A stretch of DNA of 54,247 nt from an uncultured virus (IMG/VR IMGVR_UViG_3300005918_000015) (taxonomy: Duplodnaviria; Heunggongvirae; Uroviricota; Caudoviricetes): the IMG/VR virus record IMGVR_UViG_3300005918_000015. One strand, given 5' to 3'. Both the position numbers and the translations under genes were made by a program. Under the pieces are notes generated by a model. That model saw nothing but the letters and a program-made list of their open reading frames with translations. It was not told the origin of the DNA and searched no databases. Position 1 is the first letter of the stretch. Every line of letters starts with the position of its first letter. Positions 1 through 7,607 of the stretch are shown piece after piece.

Positions 1-224
1 ATTATAATCTCTGGAGTGTCTGGGTCGAAGACAAATGCCAACATGAAAGGTCCGAGTTTTTCACTGGTAATAATAGATGTTTGACGGCCTTTTATCTGTC
101 GAATAAAAGCATTTGGGATTGAGGCCTTTCTTAGGCCTTCGTGGATAGTCCACGCCCATAAATTCTCAGTGCCTTCTTTTACGAAGGATTCGAGAGATTG
201 GTTGATTTTTAGGTCTGGTATCAT
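1..224 (-). CDS. hypothetical protein, partial (runs off window start)
   Basis: ATG at 224 just after the stop of 228..629; reading frame open to position 1 (MIPDLKINQSLESF...). Confidence 0.5.
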   Translation of the reverse strand, partial: MIPDLKINQSLESFVKEGTENLWAWTIHEGLRKASIPNAFIRQIKGRQTSIITSEKLGPFMLAFVFDPDTPEII

Positions 225-227
225 TGA

Positions 228-629
228 TTAACACCATCTTTCTTTAGCTGCTTCGTAAAGCTCAACACCATATTCAAATTTACCCAGAGTCATGTTAAGT
301 AAAGCAGTCAGGTAAGCAGCCGTGCTTTGGTCAGGTTTCAAACCAAACCTTGCAGCCACATAATCTATGGAGTGGTGTCCACCATCAATCATTGCCCATG
401 AATGAGCCACTTGACCGTTATAGTAGGTCACCAAGAAATGAGCATTGGTGCCACCTACCAACTCTATCAAGGAGTCAGGGAGTTTGTTGAATAGGACGGC
501 ATAACGATAGCCGTCCCCAGGTTCCCAGACGATTGCTTGGGAGTTGGGGTCTTCAATCCCAGCATTGGTAAGTGCTACCCGACCGATTTTTTGGTCCTGT
601 ATTTTCATTGTAGTTTTGTTTAAGTCCAT
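228..629 (-). CDS. hypothetical protein
   Basis: 133 aa ORF, start overlaps stop of upstream ORF. Confidence 0.65.
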   Translation of the reverse strand: MDLNKTTMKIQDQKIGRVALTNAGIEDPNSQAIVWEPGDGYRYAVLFNKLPDSLIELVGGTNAHFLVTYYNGQVAHSWAMIDGGHHSIDYVAARFGLKPDQSTAAYLTALLNMTLGKFEYGVELYEAAKERWC

Positions 630-952
630 TATTTTGCTGCCTTTCTTACGAATATGTAACGATGAGTAGCATCACCAACAAACCAGCGTTTTGATGCTTC
701 AAGAGCTTCTTCATACAACCAAGCCTCTTTTGAACCTGCCAGAATCAGGAACCCGTCCAAACCGGAGTCAGAACGAAGTACCCAGCCCTGATTGTTTTTG
801 ACCAGTTCAGCACCACGATAGCCATCACGGAATAATTCTTCCTGAGTGTCTGTCAAAGTGGCACCGTTCGACATAGCTGCTTCGGTCAGTTCGTCTATCC
901 AATCGACAGTTTTCTGGCCAGCGGTAATTTCAAAATGTTTAGGGTCTAACAT
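629..952 (-). CDS. hypothetical protein
   Basis: Start moved from 997 to ATG at 952 (MLDPKHF): AGGAG RBS precedes it and 997 lies inside the repeated motif. Confidence 0.65.
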   Translation of the reverse strand: MLDPKHFEITAGQKTVDWIDELTEAAMSNGATLTDTQEELFRDGYRGAELVKNNQGWVLRSDSGLDGFLILAGSKEAWLYEEALEASKRWFVGDATHRYIFVRKAAK

Positions 953-986
953 GGTTTTTCTCCTATGATTGTTAGTCTTTCTACCC

Positions 987-1016
987 CAACAACCCACAAA
1001 AAATGAAAACTAAGCC
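987..1016 (-). promoter_or_regulatory. bipartite repeated motif copy 1 (putative phage promoter)
   Basis: Minus strand GGCTTAGTTT-TCATTTTTTG-TGGGTTGTTG. Confidence 0.8.
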
Positions 1017-1021
1017 AAAAC

Positions 1022-1696
1022 TTATAGAGTACCTTCGAGACCCATGTCCACAAACTGGAATCCTTGAGCACATTTGACGCAGTTATCATGGGAGAGTAGT
1101 GTGTGTGTTTTAGAATCTCGTCTCATAAATAAAACCCCATCACCACAGATAGGACAATAAACACTATAAGTATCTTCATCTGTAGATGTCATACCCTTGT
1201 ATTTGGTGAAAACTTGGTTGTGATGTTTTTGGGTTTTGTCAGTAATGAAACCAGAAAGGTATTTTTCTTCTCCGAATACAATAGCACCAGGAGCTCGGTG
1301 CAGCACACTCATATGATATACTTCAGGAAGTTCAACCTTCACTGTATTGTTTCCCAGATAGGAATTGAATAATTGTGAAGGATTCCCACTGAATCTCAAA
1401 GGCTTGCTGGGGTCATAAGAGGCAAAATAACAATCTTGATGGTTAGGTCCCCAAATGTGCCAGCCTCCACCAAATTCAGGCAAGAAAACACCAACTCCAA
1501 AACGAACAGTCCGACCTGTGGCGTCCACAAATCGAAGCTTATAAGGAGCCCCAAATTCCGGCGGGTATGATTCCCAAACACATTCTTCTTCACCAGAATA
1601 AATGATTTTGGTTATTTTTTCACTACGATTCTCATTGGCAGGTAGCTTAATGGCCAGCCAACGGGCATCAAGTTTTAGAGTTTCAATGGGAGTCAT
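1022..1696 (-). CDS. hypothetical protein with C-terminal CxxC...CxxC zinc ribbon
   Basis: 224 aa; CPIC and CVKC near C-terminus. Confidence 0.65.
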   Translation of the reverse strand: MTPIETLKLDARWLAIKLPANENRSEKITKIIYSGEEECVWESYPPEFGAPYKLRFVDATGRTVRFGVGVFLPEFGGGWHIWGPNHQDCYFASYDPSKPLRFSGNPSQLFNSYLGNNTVKVELPEVYHMSVLHRAPGAIVFGEEKYLSGFITDKTQKHHNQVFTKYKGMTSTDEDTYSVYCPICGDGVLFMRRDSKTHTLLSHDNCVKCAQGFQFVDMGLEGTL

Positions 1697-1979
1697 AAGG
1701 AATCCTTGGTATAGGGTTTCTCAACGTCTTACCATCCTCTGACAAAGCCAGTATGAGATGGTCTCCACAACAGAACGTGACAATCTGGCCATCATGTTCC
1801 CAATCAATAACGAAAGGAATATCTTTTTTAGTCAAATATGTTAACATTTCTTCTGCCGTTTTGGGGATTTCAGACTCTACCACAGGTATCCCTTTATTGC
1901 ATACTGCACAGGATACAATGACTTCCTCTGGAGATTTCTTAGGGGTGTGTTTGTGCTTATTTCGTTTCTTTTTTGTCAT
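1683..1979 (-). CDS. hypothetical protein (Cys-rich)
   Basis: ATG at 1979 adjacent to upstream stop; CAVC and FCC motifs. Confidence 0.55.
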   Translation of the reverse strand: MTKKKRNKHKHTPKKSPEEVIVSCAVCNKGIPVVESEIPKTAEEMLTYLTKKDIPFVIDWEHDGQIVTFCCGDHLILALSEDGKTLRNPIPRIPYDSH

Positions 1980-1980
1980 C

Positions 1981-2514
1981 TTAATCCCATTCAAACCCAC
2001 CGTCCGTTAGGATAGTGGTACCTTCACTTTCAATATTAGCTAAAGGTTCTCTCTCTATACTTCGGATAGGTGGTGCTTTATCATAAGATTTCCTTCTAGG
2101 TACTGTTTTGCCATCATGTCGTAAGTGTTCTTCAAGGACATCTTGTCTGGCCCAGTATTCGTGACCATCATAAGCTGGAGACACTTGGTATCGTTTATCC
2201 AGTTTGGTAACACTGGAATGTTTCCCATCAACAGTTGTAATGGTACGTTTCAGATCCCCAATGAAATAAGAAGGTTTGGTCTGATAACTGACAAAAACCA
2301 ACCCGTCTGTTCTACCTTCACTTCCAATGATATACCACTGGTTATCTTGAAAAACTCCATGCTCGAAACAACAATGTGCATTATTACGAGGGACAAACCG
2401 CATCAGATAACCTACATTAGATTCCGAGGGGGCCTCAAACCATAGGTTATCCCCATCAGGGATACCGGCAGTGATGATTGACCCGTCTTGTAGTTTTATT
2501 TTTCGTCTTGACAT
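1981..2514 (-). CDS. hypothetical protein
   Basis: 177 aa ORF in tightly packed minus-strand run. Confidence 0.6.
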   Translation of the reverse strand: MSRRKIKLQDGSIITAGIPDGDNLWFEAPSESNVGYLMRFVPRNNAHCCFEHGVFQDNQWYIIGSEGRTDGLVFVSYQTKPSYFIGDLKRTITTVDGKHSSVTKLDKRYQVSPAYDGHEYWARQDVLEEHLRHDGKTVPRRKSYDKAPPIRSIEREPLANIESEGTTILTDGGFEWD

Positions 2515-2702
2515 TTAAGGTGTTCTCCTCTTGCATAGAAACCTTTTGGAACTTCAAGAATTACCCAGCCCCTAGAAGATTGCCCTCGACGGGCACATTT
2601 CAGAGCTGCCTCTTTTGATTTATGTTCTCTTTTACAATACTCTTCATCGGTAGGGTTAGAGCACGTCCATCTTACAGTAGCCACAATCAGTCTCCTTTTC
2701 AA
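2496..2702 (-). CDS. hypothetical protein
   Basis: 68 aa, first ORF after motif copy 2. Confidence 0.5.
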   Translation of the reverse strand: MKRRLIVATVRWTCSNPTDEEYCKREHKSKEAALKCARRGQSSRGWVILEVPKGFYARGEHLKCQDEK

Positions 2703-2723
2703 TTAGGTTACGTCACCTTAGTT

Positions 2724-2753
2724 CAACAACCCACAAGTTGAATAAACTAAGCC
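2724..2753 (-). promoter_or_regulatory. bipartite repeated motif copy 2
   Basis: Minus strand GGCTTAGTTT-ATTCAACTTG-TGGGTTGTTG. Confidence 0.8.
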
Positions 2754-2754
2754 A

Positions 2755-3777
2755 TCAAAATAAATCTTTTAAATCCTCAACTCCTGAATCAGGGCGTATC
2801 TGAGTCTTTTTCTTTGGGCTTTTCAGCTCCAACATATCAAATGTTTCGATACTTAAATCAACTCTACCCTTATTTGGATTCCTATCCAACCCGGGGTTTT
2901 GTGGTTCTGCTTCTAACAATTTATCTAAGTCATCAATTCCTGAATCCACATGAACAGTCGGATCTATCTCACGACCCCATCTTTTCCCATTGCTTCCGAT
3001 GGAAATAGGGGGTCGGTTTTTGTTGTGTTGTTTCGGATATTTAGGGTAGTTATCCGGTTTCGGATATTTAGGGTAGTTATCCGAAGGGTCATACTTCACT
3101 ATTGGGGGGTCAACTGCATCGAAAATACCAGTGTGTAGTTGAGTCCTCACCCAAGATTGGGTCTCCGCTCCTGAAGTTAATGATGGGTGTAACCACGGCC
3201 CTACAGGTTTATATTCCCTATTGATTGGTCGGAGAGATGTCCGTAAGGGATTAATCTCTAACCATTTGCCTTCGGGTAGGGGGATTCCCAGTCCTGTGGT
3301 CATATCAGGTACTACTATCCTATTTTCTATAATTTTCCAAGGTTTTTTGGACACAGGGACGGACACATACAGTAAATCAAGACCTGTCTCTTCAAAGGTA
3401 CTTCTTGCCCAAGAACACCACCCAACCATATCCGTCCAAACTTGAGGGTTGAGAGTCATATAACATTTACGTTCCATTAAAGACCCCCTCTCTTCGATAA
3501 TACAACCAGTTACAACAGGGTGGTAAAGGGATAGGTGTATTTCGAGAGATAAGGTGTGGCTTTGGTCAAGTTGTCCCCGCAGTTCAACCCATTCAACCAC
3601 TGAAGTATCTTCAATCTCCTCTATCAACCATTGGTGGATATGAACGAAATCAAATATGTCCTTAGCAAGGTCATAAATTCGTTGGATCAAGCCGGTATTG
3701 GTGAGATTGTCCGTAAAAAGCCTTAAGCTTCTGTGTTTAAGAATTTCCCCTGCTACTGAGTAATTTGAATTATCCAT
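2755..3777 (-). CDS. hypothetical protein
   Basis: Long ORF; likely start MDNSNY at 3777 after GGAGG RBS; Pro-rich C-terminal half. Confidence 0.7.
   Translation of the reverse strand: MDNSNYSVAGEILKHRSLRLFTDNLTNTGLIQRIYDLAKDIFDFVHIHQWLIEEIEDTSVVEWVELRGQLDQSHTLSLEIHLSLYHPVVTGCIIEERGSLMERKCYMTLNPQVWTDMVGWCSWARSTFEETGLDLLYVSVPVSKKPWKIIENRIVVPDMTTGLGIPLPEGKWLEINPLRTSLRPINREYKPVGPWLHPSLTSGAETQSWVRTQLHTGIFDAVDPPIVKYDPSDNYPKYPKPDNYPKYPKQHNKNRPPISIGSNGKRWGREIDPTVHVDSGIDDLDKLLEAEPQNPGLDRNPNKGRVDLSIETFDMLELKSPKKKTQIRPDSGVEDLKDLF
3030..3083. repeat. 27-bp perfect tandem repeat (2 copies), in frame
   Basis: GTTTCGGATATTTAGGGTAGTTATCCG x2; encodes DNYPKYPK twice. Confidence 0.9.
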
Positions 3778-3778
3778 T

Positions 3779-3997
3779 TTAATCCTCCGATTTAGGAGCC
3801 TCATCAGGGACTGCTACAGCATAGAGTCCGCCGTCTTTGGGGTTCTGAGGCCCCATACCTTCTTGACAACGGCCTTCATTATAATCCTTAGCTAGTTGGG
3901 TTGCCTCTTCCAAGGTTGCCCCACCTTTACCAAGCATCTGACCGGTTTCTCGGTACCCGTCGAGGCGGTATCGTAAAATAATCGTTCTGTAAGTCAT
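3779..3997 (-). CDS. hypothetical protein
   Basis: 72 aa, AAAGGTG RBS upstream. Confidence 0.55.
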   Translation of the reverse strand: MTYRTIILRYRLDGYRETGQMLGKGGATLEEATQLAKDYNEGRCQEGMGPQNPKDGGLYAVAVPDEAPKSED

Positions 3998-4019
3998 TTT
4001 GCACCTTTCATTAAATTTT

Positions 4020-4610
4020 TTAGCCCCACGTCAAAGGAGGGCTTAATTCTCCTATTCCGACTAACCCTCCCTGTTGGAGAGCCCGATCAATATTTTCTTT
4101 GTTCCTTCGGTCATACCAAGTCCGAGCATTGTTGATCCAACTAAAGAAGTCAATCCATGATTCATTTCTGATAACCCTTCGATTAACAGACCCTACAACA
4201 CCCAACTGGATATCAGAGTTTTCAATAACTATCATAACAGAAGTAGCTTTCTCTCCCATAACTAACCGAATTGAAATGGCAGGATCAATCCGCAAAGCTA
4301 TTGTCCCAAATCCTTTATCGGTTAATGAAGTCAGTCTCCAATTATCACTGGACACTTCTGGAAAAATAGCCCTGAGCAATGCAACTACACGAACGAAAAG
4401 CTGAGAAGAATCCATAAAACAAGGGTTTATAAGGCTTAACCATTCTCTAGTCATCACCATTGGTATATCATAATTTTTGGAAGCAAATTCATCATAAGCT
4501 TCCGAACACCCAAGGCACAAATCAAATTCATGACACCCTGGAAATTCTGTCGTTCTACGCACAGCTGCAAGAACCGACTCACAGTTGTCACACAATATTC
4601 CATCTTCCAT
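4020..4610 (-). CDS. hypothetical protein with N-terminal CxxC pairs
   Basis: 196 aa; GGAGG RBS; CDNC and CLGC. Confidence 0.65.
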   Translation of the reverse strand: MEDGILCDNCESVLAAVRRTTEFPGCHEFDLCLGCSEAYDEFASKNYDIPMVMTREWLSLINPCFMDSSQLFVRVVALLRAIFPEVSSDNWRLTSLTDKGFGTIALRIDPAISIRLVMGEKATSVMIVIENSDIQLGVVGSVNRRVIRNESWIDFFSWINNARTWYDRRNKENIDRALQQGGLVGIGELSPPLTWG

Positions 4611-4656
4611 TTAAAAAACCTCCACACCTTTTACCCTAAAACGGTATAGTATCCCC

Positions 4657-5250
4657 ATGACTATTAAAAGACACCACAACTTGTCTCTGAAACTTCTCGT
4701 CGGGAGATCTTTATCCGATGGATCTCCTTGGTCTGCATCAGAGGAACGGAAACTAATCCTTAAAGAACGAGAATTATGGGATACTCTCTCAGAATCCGAA
4801 CGGTTAGAAGAACAAACTTTCCTAGCAGGCTTATGGAGTAGTTCCGAAAACAGGAACATCCTAATCCAACCTGAATGGGGCTTCGATGCCACAGGGGAAA
4901 TCCGAATAACTGATTCAGCTTTTGGTATCCCACGCCAGAGTTACCGGCCATACCCTAAAGGGTTGCCTCTTGACGAATACCCAATGTTTGTGGGTGTTGT
5001 CCAGTGGCTTTGGGGTAGAGGATTTCAAGTCATTGATATCACCAATGATATTATTGCCGTTGCCGTTCCTGGAGCTAGGGCAATACCCGAAGTCGAGCGT
5101 CTTTATAAGTTATTGGTTCAGTTTTTTGCTAACCTCCGTATCACCCCTCATGGTTCAGATGAGGGGGTTCAAATTAGAGCACTTTATGATCCTGTCAGTG
5201 GCCAAGCGTCCCTTGAAATTTCGGGACTCAGTGACGACCTGCTGACTTAA
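4657..5250 (+). CDS. hypothetical protein
   Basis: 197 aa ORF filling the gap between minus-strand genes. Confidence 0.65.
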   Translation: MTIKRHHNLSLKLLVGRSLSDGSPWSASEERKLILKERELWDTLSESERLEEQTFLAGLWSSSENRNILIQPEWGFDATGEIRITDSAFGIPRQSYRPYPKGLPLDEYPMFVGVVQWLWGRGFQVIDITNDIIAVAVPGARAIPEVERLYKLLVQFFANLRITPHGSDEGVQIRALYDPVSGQASLEISGLSDDLLT

Positions 5251-5627
5251 TACTGTTGAGCATCGTGGATGTCTGTACAAGGCATCCCACCGAGGATACG
5301 GTATTTGTAAGGGAACACTTGGCCAGAAGTGCGTTTCAGGGCTTCAAGGAATGTATCCGCACTCTGTTCGACCATATCACCTTCAAGAGTGAGAACCATC
5401 ATACCACCCAATTCTCCAGCACTCTGTTCGTCAATGCAAAAGAAAGCATTGTGTTCAGTGCCATCAGCAAAACGGACATTACCTGAATGCAGAGCATAAC
5501 CACCACCAATGTCACTACGGCCAGCTTTACCAGCTACAAACTTACTGGTAGTTTTACCGTCTTTAATAGTGCAGATGGTTCCTTTGGTTTTGGTTTTTGT
5601 TCCATATTGTTTAGGACGACGTGCCAT
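5247..5627 (-). CDS. hypothetical protein
   Basis: 126 aa; GGAG RBS; first ORF after motif copy 3. Confidence 0.7.
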   Translation of the reverse strand: MARRPKQYGTKTKTKGTICTIKDGKTTSKFVAGKAGRSDIGGGYALHSGNVRFADGTEHNAFFCIDEQSAGELGGMMVLTLEGDMVEQSADTFLEALKRTSGQVFPYKYRILGGMPCTDIHDAQQY

Positions 5628-5667
5628 TTTGATTCTCCAGTTCGGTTAAGTTTTCATCTTCTTACTT

Positions 5668-5697
5668 CAACAACCCACAAGAAATGAAAACTAAGCC
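5668..5697 (-). promoter_or_regulatory. bipartite repeated motif copy 3
   Basis: Minus strand GGCTTAGTTT-TCATTTCTTG-TGGGTTGTTG; back-to-back with copy 4. Confidence 0.8.
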
Positions 5698-5710
5698 AAA
5701 TCTGTTTCAC

Positions 5711-5740
5711 GGCTTAGTTTCAAGAAATTCTGGGTTGTTG
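5711..5740 (+). promoter_or_regulatory. bipartite repeated motif copy 4
   Basis: GGCTTAGTTT-CAAGAAATTC-TGGGTTGTTG. Confidence 0.8.
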
Positions 5741-5786
5741 GGGTATAAGAGAGGTACTTTAACTTAAACATACTAAGGAAACTATT

Positions 5787-6302
5787 ATGAAAAACAAAGA
5801 AGTTGAGACCCTTGTCAAGTTGTTAACCGAAAAAGGTTGGCATATCGTAACAATGGAGTCCTGTACAGGCGGTGCATTGGCCAATGCTATTACTAATGTT
5901 CCAGGTGCAAGTGCTGTCATCAAGGACTCTTTCATTACTTATTCTAATGAAGCCAAGATCAAATTGGGTGTTCCAGCAGAATTGATTGATAAATATACGG
6001 TCTATAGCCTTCCAGTTGCTGAAGCTATGGCTAAACAAGCTATAGCAAATTCAGTAACCGACCATCAGAAAATCGTAGGTGTTGGGATCACTGGTTCTCT
6101 CACCCGAGAAGACCCGAACAACCCTAACTCAGAACCAGGTAAGGTTTATATTGCTATTTGTGTTTCGGGGAGTGCCAAAGGGAATGTTAATTTTTCCTAT
6201 GGGATTATTGTCAATGGAGACGACAGGGAAAAAGGTAAGGAAGAAGTGCTGGAAGTTTTTCTTAAACTGACTTTGGATAGTGTTTGGATGAAATTATTAT
6301 AA
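5787..6302 (+). CDS. pncC: CinA C-terminal domain / NMN deamidase (PncC-like)
   Basis: ESCTGG, NVPGAS, TYSNEAK and GITG family motifs. Confidence 0.88.
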   Translation: MKNKEVETLVKLLTEKGWHIVTMESCTGGALANAITNVPGASAVIKDSFITYSNEAKIKLGVPAELIDKYTVYSLPVAEAMAKQAIANSVTDHQKIVGVGITGSLTREDPNNPNSEPGKVYIAICVSGSAKGNVNFSYGIIVNGDDREKGKEEVLEVFLKLTLDSVWMKLL

Positions 6303-6313
6303 AGGAGTGCCTG

Positions 6314-6832
6314 ATGGAAGAAATCATCTGTCAAAGATGTCAAACCTCTTTTAAATACAAATCCCTCGGTGGAAGAAAACGAAAGTTATGTCCGACATGT
6401 ATTAAGGAGAAACTAAACAAAGAACGGATATGTTGTATTTGTGGTGGAACATATTTAACAAAGGAACGGCTGTCTGATAAAAGATACCCTTTGACCACCT
6501 GTTCAGAATCGTGTGAACAGATACAACAAGAAAACAAAAAAATCAAAGATCAAGAGTACAATAAGAAGTGGTGGCGTGAAACGTATTACCCGAAAAACAA
6601 GGCTGCTATTGACAAAAAAAACAGTGATTGGGCTAAAAATAATAAAGACCGTGTTAATGAATTGGTCAGGTTAAGAAAAGCTGATAAATTAGTGATGGAA
6701 ACTCGGATTTGTAGCCATTGTGAGAAAGAATTTCAGGTTAATGAAAAAAATACGATAAAGAAATACTGTCAAATGAAATGTATGATTGCAGCAAGAAACA
6801 AACGCTACTACAGAAAAAACAAGGAGATTTGA
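6314..6832 (+). CDS. basic multi-CxxC zinc-finger protein
   Basis: Repeated CxxC and CxxxC motifs; Lys/Arg-rich; AAGGAG RBS before ATG 6314. Confidence 0.65.
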   Translation: MEEIICQRCQTSFKYKSLGGRKRKLCPTCIKEKLNKERICCICGGTYLTKERLSDKRYPLTTCSESCEQIQQENKKIKDQEYNKKWWRETYYPKNKAAIDKKNSDWAKNNKDRVNELVRLRKADKLVMETRICSHCEKEFQVNEKNTIKKYCQMKCMIAARNKRYYRKNKEI

Positions 6833-7297
6833 ATGGCTACGAGAAGCTGGAAAAGAGATGCTACTTTTATAAGAGTGTTTGGTGAGGGTGATTATGCAGA
6901 GAAAGCCTATGAATACCTTTACAAGGGACTTGTTAAAGTAGAGATCAGGGTGCCAAAAAAAGGAAGGAATTCTTATAGAGTTTATTTGGGTTGTAACAGT
7001 ACCACTTTTACATCCTGGAAAGAGGTTGTCTCAATATTACCCAAGGAATATAAAAAAGCTCTTTTGCAGATTGAAAGGACCAAGGAATATAAAAAACAAA
7101 AGCTGAAACAGATAAGGCTTCACCGGTTTAAAAAACGAGTCTATTCTAAAATAATAACCAAACAGTCTTTAGAGGGTTTATCCCAAAGAGAAACTACCCT
7201 TATATTAAAAGATTTGGCAGCTTATAAAGAACAATTAGCTTGGAATCAGATCAATAGTGGGTACAACCCTAAAGTTGGAAACATGATTTTCGGATGA
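6833..7297 (+). CDS. hypothetical basic protein
   Basis: 154 aa ORF abutting upstream stop. Confidence 0.6.
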   Translation: MATRSWKRDATFIRVFGEGDYAEKAYEYLYKGLVKVEIRVPKKGRNSYRVYLGCNSTTFTSWKEVVSILPKEYKKALLQIERTKEYKKQKLKQIRLHRFKKRVYSKIITKQSLEGLSQRETTLILKDLAAYKEQLAWNQINSGYNPKVGNMIFG

Positions 7298-7305
7298 GGG
7301 GTTCT

Positions 7306-7335
7306 GGCTTAGTTTCTCTTTTTTGTGGGTTGTTG
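7306..7335 (+). promoter_or_regulatory. bipartite repeated motif copy 5
   Basis: GGCTTAGTTT-CTCTTTTTTG-TGGGTTGTTG. Confidence 0.8.
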
Positions 7336-7357
7336 AAGTAAGAAAAGGAGAACAGTC

Positions 7358-7549
7358 ATGAAAATGATTACCTTGATTTCAGTAGCAGATAAAAATAAAG
7401 CACTTCGGGTACTTAAAGATACCATAGGTGTGACTACTCAGTATAGTAAATTTATCCTTCAAAGTCTCCCCAGATACAATGCTTATGTGGATGAAAAAAC
7501 ATTGAGGGTTTTTGATAAAAACAATATCTATTACAAGATGATGGCTTAG
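7358..7549 (+). CDS. small protein, possible ribosomal bL12 (L7/L12) C-terminal-domain-like fold
   Basis: AAGGAG RBS; ITLISVADKNKALRVLKDTIGVTTQYSKFILQSLP follows the bL12-CTD hydrophobic pattern; ORF well supported, fold tentative. Confidence 0.45.
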   Translation: MKMITLISVADKNKALRVLKDTIGVTTQYSKFILQSLPRYNAYVDEKTLRVFDKNNIYYKMMA

Positions 7550-7572
7550 TTTTGAAAAGTTGTGGGTTGTTG
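7543..7572 (+). promoter_or_regulatory. bipartite repeated motif copy 6
   Basis: GGCTTAGTTT-TGAAAAGTTG-TGGGTTGTTG; its TAG is the stop codon of 7358..7549. Confidence 0.8.
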
Positions 7573-7607
7573 TAGTAAGAAACAACTGATAATTCAGGAG
7601 AAAAACA

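Noticed and set aside
4640..4656. CGGTATA(G/T)T upstream of 4657 and, on the minus strand near 49490, upstream of the glycan cluster as a second promoter class
   Set aside because: Only two short instances; too weak without a genome-wide motif search
6314..6832. HNH homing endonuclease
   Set aside because: Zinc-finger repeats present but no HNH or endonuclease VII catalytic motif
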